64,000 nucleotides of DNA from Eledone cirrhosa (GCA_964016885.1 OZ024746.1:28892001-28956000), one strand, 5' to 3'. Numbered from the stretch's first letter, positions 1-14,160 are shown. The notes: a model not told the origin generated them from the sequence alone. A program made the numbers and translations.

Positions 1-624
1 GTGGCTAGCAGGGGCGACGACACCCTTGGAGAGTCGCTAGGCATGGAGGAGGACGAACTGGCCAGCCTGTTCGGTAGAACTTTCGGCCCGGGACCCATGG
101 ACAACTTCCAGAGGTCCCTAGCCTGGCAGTGTTACCGGGGGGCTCTGCCCGTTCGAGAAAAGCTCTACAGACACGGGCGCCCGGGCAGGGATCCCGTGAA
201 AAAGATCTGTCCCAGATGCGTGCGCGACGAGGAAACCGTTGCGCATGCACTGGTACACTGCCCGGGCGTTGCCGATCTGTGGGGCTACGTCGAACGACTG
301 CTGTCGCGTGTGGCGCCGATTCGATTAACCGCCGAGTCTGTGGTGAACATCAAGCCGCCTCCTCCCTTCAGAAATGAAGCAGAGGCGGTCTTTCTGTGCG
401 TAATAGCCATGATGAAAGAGGTTGTGTGGTGGACGCGCCTGAAAGGTCTGAGGTCGGGTGACTTTCTCTCCGGCCATCACCTGGTTTACTTCTTCCGATA
501 CCACTTCGGAAGAAGGATCAAGATGGAGAGAGAAGTGCTTGGTCCCATACAGTTTTATGAAAGGTGGGTGAAAGAAGCGAGAATGGCCCGTGTAAATGGG
601 CCTTCTCTCTACATTGTTCTGTAG
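1..624 (+). CDS. C-terminal fragment of L1/Tx1-like LINE ORF2 (zinc-binding zf-RVT region), open at the window start
   Basis: ORF contains CPRC-x7-HALVHCP zinc knuckle and the downstream W-rich segment (VVWWTR) typical of L1/Tx1 ORF2 ends; GC-rich compared with flanks. Confidence 0.8.
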   Translation: MASRGDDTLGESLGMEEDELASLFGRTFGPGPMDNFQRSLAWQCYRGALPVREKLYRHGRPGRDPVKKICPRCVRDEETVAHALVHCPGVADLWGYVERLLSRVAPIRLTAESVVNIKPPPPFRNEAEAVFLCVIAMMKEVVWWTRLKGLRSGDFLSGHHLVYFFRYHFGRRIKMEREVLGPIQFYERWVKEARMARVNGPSLYIVL

Positions 625-912
625 GTGAAGAAGTGAAGAGGAAAGGGGGAGCGCCTCCTCTCTGGGCTTCCCCCGCGAAAAGAGTTGCACACTTTTCGGG
701 GGTATGTGCAATCCCCAACTGAGTACTTTTTATTGTTATATTATTATTGTTATTCCTTTTTTCTTTACTCGATTTATGTAAACTCCCCCACTGTGTAAAT
801 GTCCCCTCCTTTTGTGCCCTCGTGGCAAATAAATAGAAATTTATCTATCTATCTATCTATCTATCTATCCATATATCCATATATCTATCTATCTATATAT
901 CTATCTATCTAT
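1..912 (+). mobile_element. 3' end of L1/Tx1-like non-LTR retrotransposon with 3' UTR and (TATC)n tail
   Basis: ORF2 end at 624, T-rich UTR, AATAAA near 828, then (CTAT)n tail at about 842-912. Confidence 0.75.
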
Positions 913-1369
913 GATCTATTTCTATTTTTAAGTGTATATATGTGTGTGTGTGGACGTATTTTTGGTATTGGGTTATTGATTAGAGGGAGTAAATATAAGA
1001 AAAGAAATAGAGAGGCAGAAAGAGTACAGAGAGATAAACAAGTTAAGAGAGAGAGGGGGAGAGGGCGAAGGCGACAGAGATATAAAGAGAGAGAGGGGGG
1101 TGGAGATAAGTTTTAAAAGAATGTAGAAAAGAATTTGTATTGAGAGCCATGTTGAATGAGTGAAAGCCTGGTGGCGTTTGTGTTAAGAGTTGTCGCCTCT
1201 TGACCTCCTAACTTCTCATTTCATTACAGATAGGATTCTCTTCATGAAGCAACAACACCACCCAACACCACCTATATTATCAGCACCACCATCACCACCA
1301 CCACGACCAACAACAACAGATCTATGTATTATTACGCGGCTCTGTTCACTACCTTTTCGCCCCTATATC

Positions 1370-1434
1370 CTCATGTATATATATATATAACAAATCGTCC
1401 TTTTTATTATCATTATACATACATACACACACAT

Positions 1435-1471
<37 letters not shown>

Positions 1472-1575
1472 CATATGTATGTATATATATATATGTATAT
1501 ATATATATATTGGTAAAATATATATATTTATATATACACAAATACATACAACACACACATATATATACACATATG

Positions 1576-1619
<44 letters not shown>

Positions 1620-1632
1620 TATATATACATAC

Positions 1633-1717
<85 letters not shown>

Positions 1718-1738
1718 AATACATACAACACACACATA

Positions 1739-1772
<34 letters not shown>

Positions 1773-1790
1773 CATACACATCAATATAAG
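1370..1790. repeat. (TA)n/(CA)n compound microsatellite, representative of dozens of such tracts in the window
   Basis: Direct reading; includes an internal duplication of acacaaatacatacaacacacacatata. Confidence 0.95.
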
Positions 1791-3394
1791 TGTCCTTTAA
1801 GGTACATGTGCAATATATTGGTTCTCTATTTGATTGGATACACACGCGTGTATATGTATATGGAAAGGGAAGTATGTATATATGGCAAATACATGTATAC
1901 GTGTGTGTATGAATATTTGTATATATGTTTATATATATGGATATGGAAGTGTTTATATATGTACGGTAATGCTTACATGTATTGAGTGTATTTCAGCGGC
2001 TTTATGTATAAATACTAGTTTGTATATGATAAACAGAACATTCGACAGCCTCTAGCCAACTCTCTATTTCTTCCTCTTTTTCACTTCTACTCTTTATCCA
2101 ATATATATATAAGACCAAGTCCGAAGAAGGCTCGATAAGGACTGTATATATATATATATGCATGTATGATAAGCCGTGCATTAAAAGTTAGTTACCAAAA
2201 AGCAGCTGAACTCCCCTGGATGGACTCTTCCACACATCAGCCAATATGTTAGCGAGAATAGCACCCTGCTTCTGATATACTCGCTGGATTTATCCATCGG
2301 AAGATCTGATCTTAATCTGACACACAACCCACTGAGAGAAACCACCGTGATTCATTGATTTAGCTCAGCAATTACTGAGTGACTGAGTAGCTGAGTTACA
2401 GACCAACCAGTCTTGTCCTGTAAATGTATGAATATCAGGAACAGCTTCGTCTTATAAGCCAATTTCTGAGTGAAACTGTTTACCTTGCTTACTACCTATA
2501 GGTTTTCTCTGAACCGAGTATCACATACTTTAACCAGACAGGGCCAGAAATCACTGTATCACATCAAGTCAGCTCTCCAGTGTTGAGGACTAAGGACAGT
2601 TCCTATTACCTCCCCAGAACGGCTGGCCTTCCTGTTTCCGAGCTCTATCCTGATTTTATCCTCCGAGATAATTTTCCTCAGTTAATGCATGACTTCAAGT
2701 ACTGAGTTTCAAGACTACCATCTTGTCCCAGTTAATACATGATCCCATTAAATATTGTCATTTCTCCATATCTGTTCCGACAGCAAACATATAACTAAAA
2801 GATAATATTTTTAAAAAGAAAGAAAGAAAACAACGCCGAATAATCGTTATCAATTGAATAGATAGATGGCTATCAAGAATAGAAAGCTTGTTTGATTAAA
2901 TATCTGCTGATATTCCGACGCAATCCTATAAACAGAGGCAAAACTAATATTACCCAGCTTCCATTGCAATTTGGCAACGATCCAATGTAATCAACACAAG
3001 CGCCCTCTACCGTCCATCTCCTACATTATTTCCTACAGCTATTTAAATATTCTATCTCAGCCACTTGTCACTTTCTTTCTATATATTTCTCCTTTATTAT
3101 TACATCCCCACCTCTTATCCTCTCTCTCCCATCCATTCTCTCTCTCTATCTCTCTTCATCTCCCTCTCTTTATCTCTCTCACTCTCATTGCCCATATGTC
3201 TCTATGTCTTTCTTTTTTATGTTTTCCTTTTCCTCGCTTATCATCCGCCATCGAAGTCATTAGATGAGACTCTGATATCGAAATTGGTATGTGTGCCACC
3301 ATTGGGTCTGTGTGTGTATGTATATGTGCGGGTGTTTATGTATACATAATTGTACTTGTTAGCAAATATATACATACATACATACATACATATT

Positions 3395-3479
<85 letters not shown>

Positions 3480-3490
3480 ATACATATATG

Positions 3491-3527
<37 letters not shown>

Positions 3528-3857
3528 ATGCACACATACAGAAAATCCCATGTGTGTGTGTGTGTTGGTGTAAATGATGCTGGAAGGACAGTATGTGATT
3601 TATGCACGTGTGTATTTACGTGTGGGAAGACACGTGACATAGTGGTTTGTGTGTGTGTATCTCACAATGGAAGGATCGTAGGTTTCATTACATGACATTT
3701 CGTGTATATGTGTGTGTGTGAGTTCACCATTGCCGCTATATGTTAAAATCAGTATGTATGTTGTATGAATATATATATATGTATGTATTCATCTATGTGT
3801 GCACGTGAATGTGTGTGTATATATATGTTTATATATGTATATATATATATATATATG

Positions 3858-3906
<49 letters not shown>

Positions 3907-3981
3907 ATGTACATATATATATATATATGTATGTATATATGTATATATATGTATATATATATTTATATATATATAAAAATG

Positions 3982-4016
<35 letters not shown>

Positions 4017-4049
4017 TTGTGTATGTATATGTATGTATATATGTATGTG

Positions 4050-4094
<45 letters not shown>

Positions 4095-4197
4095 GTGTGT
4101 ATATATGTATGTATATACGTACGTCGTTGTGTGTATGAGTTTTTAATAATCCCAGCAGTTTCTGCTCTAATGAATAATCATTTATTTACATTACACC

Positions 4198-4267
4198 CTT
4201 ACAACCACCTAATACTACCACTGCTACGGTTATTGCTACTACTACTACCACCAATGCTACTGCAACA

Positions 4268-4323
<56 letters not shown>

Positions 4324-4772
4324 CACTACTACTGCTGCTACGGCTACTACTACTACTACTACGGCTACTACTGCAACTACAACCACTACTACCACCAATG
4401 CTACTGCAGCAAGAAGTACTACCACTACTACTACTACTACTGCTGCTGCTACTGCTATTGCTGCTACTACAACTACCACCACTGCTACTGCAACAACTAC
4501 CACCACTACTACCACTACTACTACTACTACTAGTACTACTACTACCACCACCACCACCACTGCTACTACTACTAATATCACTATTACTACTACCACTACC
4601 ACTACCACTACTACCACTATTACTACTGCTACTACTAATACTAATACTATCGCTACTAATATCACTATTACCACTACCACTATTAATACTGCTACTACTA
4701 ATACTACTACTACTAACACTACCACTACTACTACTAATACTACACATAATGCTCCTGATGATAATAATAAGG
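4198..4772. repeat. Degenerate (CTA/CCA/CTG)n trinucleotide tract, probably the tail of the adjacent minus-strand LINE
   Basis: Direct reading; abuts the 3' end of the LINE at about 4790. Confidence 0.9.
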
Positions 4773-4789
4773 ATTTATTTATTACCAAC

Positions 4790-6010
4790 ATAGGACTTAT
4801 TCCAAGGGAACATTAAAGATTACACATGGCAGTACAATATGGAGTACAACGTGGGTCTTTTGCATTTAAAAATTGCGTATTTGACAAAAAAAAAACACAA
4901 ACGTAAAAGATTCAAACAAAAACATATTCCCCAATGAGGTGGGAGGAGTATTCCAAGGGTCACTCTTGGGGAAAGTCCACAAACACCACGATTAACCTGA
5001 CCAGAAGTACATATGTCTCCTGCAATTTACATGCGCAGATTCATAGCAGACCTATTCATGCCGACCAATCTCATCCATCTTTCATCAAATTAATTATAAG
5101 ACAACAGTTCCCTTCAGCTTCATTTTGCTCTTCGAGTGAAATCTGAATTGGAAGCTGCTTGTCTTCAGCACTTTCAATAGCGTCCACCACATGACCTCTT
5201 TGACTATGGCCACCAGGCAGATGGAATCTGCTTGCCTTTTCTGACTGAAGGAAGACGAAGAGGCAATTTTCACGATAGATTCAGTTAATAGCGAGATTCG
5301 TCCTACAAGTGACAGCAGGTGTTTAAGATAACCTCAGATGTCAGCAATGCTCGGACCCTAAATGAGTTCGTGCAGGACGGTTTTGTCACCCAGTGGGCAT
5401 CACACCCAGACCTAGCTGATGGCACGTTCAGGCCTGTAGAGTTTATCTCAAACTGGCAACGATCCTCGGTAGCACTGCCATTTCTAAATCTTTCTGATAA
5501 GATTGGTTAATTAATTTTTCCCAAGGACGTCGTCACTTTTCTCTCTTACTATCCTTTATAGAACGCCAAAGCGCCCACCAATCTCAATGTCAAAACTGTA
5601 ACGTGCTGTGAGCGCTAGAAGAGATTCCAGCTTCCTAGTGATCTCTCTTGGTCTCCGCTTGACCTTGGATTGCAGAACCGTCAAAGAAACTAGCTGGGGA
5701 AAACCTTTTCTGGTGAACTGTAATCACGCATTTTCACCGTCAAGGAAAATCGATCAATGTCGTAGCCGTAGGGTATGTTTACGCATCATCAGCCACGGCA
5801 TGCCCTGTCCTTTATGCAGCGAGTAGTGACAATAGATTGACTAGCTGACCATTGGAACGTGTACATTCCACAAAAAACAAAAACGTAAGCGGTAGTAAAT
5901 GACAGAGGAGATACACGTATTCGCCATTTCCACCCAACCTTACATGGAGAGCTTCGTCTCAGCTAATGTTTGGGTAAAAGTGGCTACTTTTCTCGTTACC
6001 TTGTCCTAGT
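4790..6010 (-). pseudogene. Decayed L1/Tx1-like ORF2 3' region related to the element at 1-624
   Basis: Minus strand around 5160-5245 translates as GKADSICLVAIVKEVMWWTLLKVLKTSSF, matching EAVFLCVIAMMKEVVWWTRLKGLRSGDF of ORF 1-624; stops and frameshifts present. Confidence 0.75.
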
Positions 6011-6583
6011 TTTTGTCACTCTGGAGATCTGAACCAAACTAGACTCTAAGCAATTTAATCAGACCCTCCGTCCAATTCATATAGAGAGGGGGGATTGGAA
6101 GAGAGTATAAAGTAGTAGATAGAGAGAGGGGGAGTTTGTTGTTAATTGATATATAGAGGGGAATTGGAAGAGAGTTCTCTATAGTAGATATAAAGAGGGA
6201 GAGAGTTTGGTTTTAATTGATATAGAGAGGGGTATTGGAAAAGTATATTGTGAGAATTTGATGGCTGGTTGTAGATATACAGAGAGAGATAACGGGAGAG
6301 TGCTGTGCAGTATATATAGAGAGAGTGAGAAATTAGGAGCGATTGATATACAGAGGGGGACATGGAGGGATAGGTGTATATGTTTATAGAGTGAGAGAGT
6401 GTATTAGTCCTAGATATAGAGAGTGGGATAAGAGAGGTGGTGTCCTGTTAGATATAGAGAGATGTAGAGTTATTTCGAAGTTTTCTGACATTTTAGAGTG
6501 CAAAGAGCTAAACTAATCACTACAACTAAATTGACCCAAATTGCCCCTCTCCTCTCCCCTATTCAGAAATGCTTCCATCGCCC

Positions 6584-6637
<54 letters not shown>

Positions 6638-6760
6638 GGAGGTGAGTTTTATTGTAGTACAATAAAGCAATGCAGATATCGGATAAGAAGCACTCTACAG
6701 TTTGTAGGACTGGAGTATACATAATATATAAGAACAAAAGATGGTTAAAGGAGTTCCATG

Positions 6761-6831
6761 TATTTTATTATGCGCATTTCAAAAACAAATATCATCATGC
6801 AATAATATTTGTGTTTTCATCAGATAAAACA
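6761..6831 (-). ncRNA. Type I minimal hammerhead ribozyme (family B)
   Basis: Reverse complement of the motif at 6938-7008. Confidence 0.8.
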
Positions 6832-6937
6832 GGAGGACATGATATGAAGGGTAAAAAACACTTGTGGATAGTTCAGATATGTTGATTTAAAACTGAACTA
6901 TCCACAAGTGTTTTTTAGCCTTCATATCATGTCCTCC

Positions 6938-7008
6938 TGTTTTATCTGATGAAAACACAAATATTATTGCATGATGATATTTGTTTTTGAAATGCGCATA
7001 ATAAAATA
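6938..7008 (+). ncRNA. Type I minimal hammerhead ribozyme (family B)
   Basis: tgttttat CTGATGA aaacacaaatatt..atatttgttttt GAAA tgcgca TA ataaaata: stem I 8 bp, long stem II, palindromic stem III. Confidence 0.85.
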
Positions 7009-7034
7009 CATGGAACTCCTTTAACCATCTTTTG

Positions 7035-7100
<66 letters not shown>

Positions 7101-7102
<2 letters not shown>

Positions 7103-7271
7103 TAAAGAGTCAGGATTCTGACGGATGAGCTCCGGTTTTTTCGACAGCTAGATCCGAACTACCTGTTGAAAAGACCGGAGCTCAGCCGTCGGGGTCCTCA
7201 CCCTTTTCCAATTACCCTGAGTATCGAGTGCGTTATGGTCCACCTGGTTTCTTACCACACTTTCTTTGTTA
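7101..7271 (+). mobile_element. Diverged family A hairpin element in (TA)n
   Basis: Similar to the copies at 34314 and 43355 (gagctcagccgtcggggtcc...tgcgttatggtccacctgg). Confidence 0.7.
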
Positions 7272-7326
7272 TGTATATATATATATATATATATATATAA
7301 AAGTTTATCCCGAGTTCAATCGGGGG

Positions 7327-7365
<39 letters not shown>

Positions 7366-7810
7366 TGTGTGTGTGTGGCAGAGAGAGAAAAATATTTGTG
7401 TGTATGTGTGTGTATGTCTGTGTGTCTGTATCACTGTCCGTTTGTATGCCTGTGTGTGTGACTAAGTCTGTGTACATGTATATAGACATATATAGAGAGT
7501 ATGACAACGATTACGTGATCTAATTAGTAAACTCCAAAAACCTGAACTGATTTCACATGTTTAATCCCAAATAGATTTGAAGATTTTAATATTCTTACTT
7601 CTTAGAATTGTTCTGTCATGTGCTAAAATATCTTTTCAATGGTATTGAATATTATCTCTAAATTAAGTAAATACCTTATAGATGATATTGCATGGCACCT
7701 ATGAAATGTTATATTAAATGTAAAGAATTATAGGAAATCTGAAGCGAGATATCACACACAAATGCGGTATTAAATTTGGAGCATATCAACACGTACACGC
7801 ATATTTTACG

Positions 7811-7895
<85 letters not shown>

Positions 7896-8466
7896 CACAC
7901 GCATATATATATATATATATATACGCACACAATCACAAACACCTAGTTATATTCACCCATGTACATACACACACATAATTACAAAATGGATAGGCGTACA
8001 CACACGTACACACACATAGACACAAGCCCATAATAACAAGACGTACTGATGTACATCCACTTATACATCCACATACAAACATGAATAAATACACACAGAC
8101 ACATAGACACAAATATAACTACAAAAACGTAATGCCGCACACTCACGTACACACACACATACACACAAACTGGTTATGACAAAACCGTATTCACAAAAAA
8201 AGAAAACACTCTGATACAAACTCATACACTCAAAAACATTATGACAAAACCATAATCACTTAAACGCACAGCTGTACACCCACACACAAACACTTAATCA
8301 AAGAAACGTACGGTCGTACACTCATATAGACACCTACACGACATATACATACAAAGAAACACACATATAACCATAAAAATGCTCATAAATCCACCTACGC
8401 ACGCTTTTAGGTTCAGTCCAGAGTACAGAACACAATTTACCTTATGACACTAGCAGAAAATTAATG

Positions 8467-8575
<109 letters not shown>

Positions 8576-8639
8576 TCCACTTAGCGTGAACATAAAACAA
8601 TGTGTATAATTGCCTCCTGTGTTTTCTTCGTTCATTTTC

Positions 8640-8709
<70 letters not shown>

Positions 8710-9328
8710 ATGTCTAAAAAAAAACATACATATATACATGTAATATTTACTGAGATTATTGAAAGTTGATAAAATTTTGCGGTTAATTCTGTCGTTCTCG
8801 TGAAGTATTCATATGGAGAACTTCTCATTGGTGTCCACGTAGGCTTTCTTGATAAACCAGCATTAAAGACAGCTTAAGGTTACGTTCATTGTAACGAGAT
8901 CTTGTTGATCTATATTATATTTATCGTTCAACTGGAAGGTAAAATTACTCTATGGGGAAATATAGTCAGAAAGTGTAACAGCTACAGAGAATGAAAGAAG
9001 TAAAGTAAGAAGGAAAGAATGAAAGAAAAGAAGACAGAATTGAAAAAAAGTCGAGATTGAAATAGTGATATAGCTGTGGCCGCTTGATTTATTTTAGCTT
9101 GCTATCAAAGTATTGTAACATTGCAAATAAAAATCAGAATCAGAATCCGGAGAAAGTTAATGGTGGTATGTGTCGACAAAAAGTCATTTAATAAGGTTCA
9201 TAAATGTGTATATGTTCGTTGTTAGTCTGTGGGGAGTTAAGACACAGTTTTTATATTTCTAGTAAATCCCTTCTTTGGAGAATTTATATTTTAAATGTTT
9301 GGGTTAGCAACTGGCAAATTATATTTCT

Positions 9329-9329
<1 letters not shown>

Positions 9330-9364
<35 letters not shown>

Positions 9365-9574
9365 ACTTTCTCACCTTCTCATCCTCTTTCTCTCTCTCTC
9401 TCAGTTTCTCACCTTCTCGTTCTCTACCTCTCATTTTCTCACCTTCTCATCCCCTTTCCCTCCCTCAGTTTCTCACCTTCTCATCCCCTCTCTCTCTCTC
9501 TCTCTCCCACACACACACTTTCTCACCTTCTCATCCTCTCTCTCTCTCACTTTCTCACCTTCTCATCCTCTCTT

Positions 9575-9606
<32 letters not shown>

Positions 9607-10198
9607 ACTTTCTCACCTTCTCATCCTCTCTCTCAATTTCTCACCTTCTCTGCTCGGTTCCACTCTTCCTCTTCCCCACACACACTCCCTCCACGTGCAC
9701 CCCACCCCCCCCATAATCCCTCCCCACTCTCCCCACACACTCCTTCCCATTCACTCTCTCTTTCTCAAATTTCTCAGCTCCTCACCCTCTCTATCTCTTT
9801 CTCACCCACTCTTTCTCACCCACTCTTTCCCACTCTTTCTACAGACACATACACACTCCCTTTCTCGCCACCACACACACACACAGACTCTCTCTCTCTC
9901 TCTCTCTCTCGCTCTCTCTCTCTCCCTCCCTCTCTCTCTCTCTCGCTCTCTCGCTCTTTCTCTCAATTTCTCTCTCTGCACAACACACACACTCTCTCTT
10001 GCAACCACAGACACACTATCTCTCACCCACACACAGACTCTCTCTCTCTCTCTCTCTCACACTCTCTCTCTCTCTCTCACTCTCCCTCTCGCTCTCTCTC
10101 TCTTTCTCTCAATTTCTCTCTCTGCACAACACACACACCCTCTCTCTTGCAACCACAGACACACTATCTCTCACCCACACACATACCCTCTCTCTCTC

Positions 10199-10244
<46 letters not shown>

Positions 10245-10337
10245 GCTCTCTCTCTCTTTCTCTCAATTTCTCTCTCTGCACAACACACACACCCTCTCTC
10301 TTGCAACCACAGACACTATCTCTCACCCACACACAGA

Positions 10338-10421
<84 letters not shown>

Positions 10422-10542
10422 CTCTCCCTCTCTCCCTCTCTCCCTCTCGCTCTCTCTCTCTTTCTCTCAATTTCTCTCTCTGCACAACACACACACACAC
10501 TCTCTCTTGCAACCACAGACACACTATCTCTCACCCACACAC

Positions 10543-10609
<67 letters not shown>

Positions 10610-10655
10610 CTCTCTCTCTCACACACTCTCTCACTCTCTCTATCTCTCTCTCTGC
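9330..10655. repeat. CT-rich compound tandem repeat (short tttctcaccttctcatcc units, then four ~150-200 bp units)
   Basis: tctcaatttctctctctgcacaacacac...cttgcaaccacagacac recurs near 9960, 10106, 10260 and 10464. Confidence 0.85.
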
Positions 10656-11000
10656 CTAGAAGTGTGTTTTGTTCCCCTCGAAACCTAAACTACTCACATG
10701 TCCCATGAGACATAACAGTTGATTCATTTCATGTATCGGAACTTTCTAGTAAGCAATATTATACACAACACCTTAGATTAAGACGAAATTCCTAAATTAA
10801 ATGGCAGCAAGTGAGATTGTGTAGATAAATACGCCCAATCTTTTATAATGTTATGAAGCCATTTTATTTTGGTGTAGGTATCGAATTTTGTTGAATCTTT
10901 AGGAGGTCTGATAGAATGGTTTACTCTATATATTCTCTACAGCCTTCGTATTTCATCGAGATCAACTTCACTGCTCATAAATTTGGGGGTCTATATATTG

Positions 11001-11172
11001 TTTCTTCTTTTGACACAAGGTCAGCAATTATCTCAGTGCATTACCGGTGCTTTATTTTATCGACCCCGTAAGGATGAAAGGCAAAGTTAACCTCGGCGAG
11101 ATTTAAACTCAGGGCCATAACTCTAAACTGCAAAGCATGGTGTCTGACGCTCTACTCATACTACCAATCGGG
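11001..11172 (-). mobile_element. tRNA-derived SINE copy
   Basis: Reverse complement of the SINE at 38073-38255. Confidence 0.75.
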
Positions 11173-11197
11173 ACCAGGTCAGTAATGTGTGTGTATG

Positions 11198-11232
<35 letters not shown>

Positions 11233-11235
<3 letters not shown>

Positions 11236-11629
11236 GGAAAAATTTGAACAGGAACAAAACAGAGAGGCAGTACAACGAATGTTTATTAATTTCACGCTCT
11301 GGAGAGTGGGGTGGTGGTGGGGAACGACGTTTCGGGCATAAGCCCTTCCTCAGGTGAGAAGTGTGTGGGAACAGAGTTCAACAGGTGTGTAGGGGTGTGG
11401 TGGAGAGACATATAGCGAAAGGAAACGGTGCGAAAACAAGTACAGTAACAAAATCAAACAAAGGTAATGCGTGGAAGGAAAGACCAAGTGTGGGAAAGTG
11501 TGTAAAGTTCGGAGAATGGTCGCGGCGGATTAGATCGGGGTTGAGCCGGTAGTTAAGTTATGTTCCAAAGGAATGGAAGCCGTGTGAGCGTGTATTATAT
11601 ATAATGGAAAAATTTGAACAGGAACAAAA
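11233..11629 (-). mobile_element. PLE-like fragment in (TA)n with HHR-like core and 27 bp direct terminal repeat
   Basis: aatggaaaaatttgaacaggaacaaaa occurs at 11233 and 11602; minus strand 11322-11357 reads CTGAGGA a gggc ttat gccc GAAA cg TC but stem I is weak; related fragments at about 36550-36840 and 61142-61193. Confidence 0.5.
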
Positions 11630-11649
11630 TATATATATATATATATTTA

Positions 11650-12121
11650 TAAATTAATATTTGATGAACATTTACATGTTTTAGTTGCAATTGACTAATA
11701 AGATCGCTAGAGTGAAAAATCTTAATTCAACAACATAAAGTCTGCCTGTACGATCTAAAAAATAATAAATCAATACTCACAGACTCATATGGGCAAAAAG
11801 CCTTGGTACCTAGACACGTTTAAAATTCAAAATACAAACTTTTTCCGCAGATCGGTCAGAACTTCAAACTTCAAACATGTTTCACAAAGGATGGTATAAT
11901 AGTAAAATAATTAACTAATTAGCAGTGAGTTAATCAACTTTTTCTGTGTTTATCAATAGGTACCCAAGGCTTTTTGCCCATATGAGTCTGTGAGTATTGA
12001 TTTATTAATTTTTAGATCGTACAGGCAGACTTTATGTTGTTGAATTAAGATTTTTCACTCTAGCGATCTTATTAGTCAATTGCAACTAAAACATGTAAAT
12101 GTTCAACAAATATTAATTTAT
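11650..12121. mobile_element. Foldback element with ~162 bp inverted arms
   Basis: Arms 11650-11811 and 11957-12121 are near-perfect reverse complements; (TA)n on the left. Confidence 0.8.
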
Positions 12122-12206
12122 ACTGCTCAGAAGCGATTCCTAGAGCTGAAATGATTGTAAATGACCCCATTGAGTCTAAACTCTAAGCTATTTATATATT
12201 TATATA

Positions 12207-12265
<59 letters not shown>

Positions 12266-12419
12266 ATAATAATAAATTTGAAGACTAAAATCCAAAGAGG
12301 GCTCGATAAGGATAAATATATATCAAATATATAAGAACCGTAGAGCAAATATTTATTAAAATAACAGATTAAAGTTGAAGCAAAGAATCGCTGCTTTCAC
12401 CCTTAACGGGATCTTCTGA

Positions 12420-12455
<36 letters not shown>

Positions 12456-12581
12456 CAACTAGAAATTGATTAACATATAAATAAACATATGAAACAATCA
12501 CGGGTGATATGGCGGATGCCTTTCTGGCATGACACCCATAATTTTGATTTAGATTAAATTCATTTTGATTTATCTTAATTT

Positions 12582-12638
<57 letters not shown>

Positions 12639-13364
12639 GTATCTTCAATAAATTGCGTGGAACGAGCTGCTTTTTCTAGCAATCCTATTCCTTGCCAATC
12701 GTCCATCTTTTGTTACCCTTCTTGTTGAGTGCCTAACACGTGGTATATTTCCGCTTCGAAATATCACCAGTAATGGTCACTTGAAATGTTTTTGAGGGGG
12801 TTTCAGGGTTTCTCAATATCCTATAATGTCCTAACTTATTAGAATATTGAAGCTGGTTCTTATATGACGAAACTGCCGCCGGAATCACGAAATAAATGAG
12901 GTAACATTTCATCTTGTTTGTTTTTTTCCACTTATGAACCCTTCTCCATTTCCTCCTAAGCGTGACACTAATAAGACTTCGTATTTTTGCGTCCCTGTGT
13001 TTATTTTGTTTTATTTGTTCGAATATATATATATATATATGGGTGGAGGTGGGGCTGTGTGTGTATGCTTAGAAGCTTCATCGAATTATTTGGCTATAGA
13101 AAAATAGTGTAAATAATAGGACATATAAGGAAAGAATGGACATTAGTTAGCGGGATACGAATCTACATCTTTCTGCTTAGTTACCATTGCACGAAAGGGG
13201 CCCGCAATTTTTATTCCGTTCTTTTAAAGCTATATATACATAGCAAGACATTAAGAAACGGACGTGTTTAGAAAAGGTGAAGGGAATTGGAAATTTATGA
13301 GAATATGAGATTTTTCGATTTTTTTCTACTATAGAGAAATAGCCATACGTACATACATATATGT

Positions 13365-13690
13365 TGGCTGCCAACTCGTTTTCGAGTACGGCCACTACTT
13401 TATATCCATGTAGGAGAACCCCTACCGATGCGCTGAACGAGTGTGACATTTTAGTCCAGCCAGCGACTTGAAAACTCTGGTACAAACACTACACTTGTGA
13501 CATTTATTGACACATAGTGCTGGGCCCATGGTACCATGTGACGACAAGTGCAGAGAGATTTCCAGATATAAAGCAATGCCTGTGCCGTGAAGCTTTTATA
13601 GTGAGCAAAGGCACTGCACAAAGCCAGTCCCACTCTCTTAACCAAGATCATATTTACCAAAAAGAAGAGCAGGTCAACATCATTGTCAAG
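13365..13690 (-). pseudogene. Decayed RTE-like LINE 3' end ending in a C2H2 zinc finger
   Basis: 13422-13499 minus translates HKCSVCTRVFKSLAGLKCHTRSAHR*; short 3' UTR then microsatellite; LINE assignment is inferred. Confidence 0.55.
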
Positions 13691-13912
13691 GCAGAATTCT
13701 AGAAGGCAAACTCTGATATAACATACATATATACATACATACACCCACACACACTCACATAATACATAATACATATAGAGAGAGAGATAGAGAGAGAGGG
13801 GGGTGGAGAAAGAGAGAGATAGAGAAATTAATATTAACAAACGGGATTATATAGGTTTTAGATAGAAATCTCAGTCTAAGGATATCTGAATATAATAAAA
13901 TCATTGCGATTT

Positions 13913-14160
<248 letters not shown>

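Larger units (their letters stand above)
6635..7037 (-). mobile_element. Short PLE-derived foldback element (family B) within (TA)n
   Basis: Inverted arms about 6732-6877 and 6894-7037 plus an unpaired ~95 bp tail; sequence matches the 3' end of the GIY-YIG-bearing element at 43726. Confidence 0.8.

Noticed and set aside
3765-4793. 342 aa poly-Leu and antisense poly-Ser/Val ORFs
   Set aside because: Stop-free frames of a trinucleotide tract
9295-10708. 454 aa and 337 aa Ser/Leu-rich ORFs
   Set aside because: CT-rich tandem repeat open in several frames
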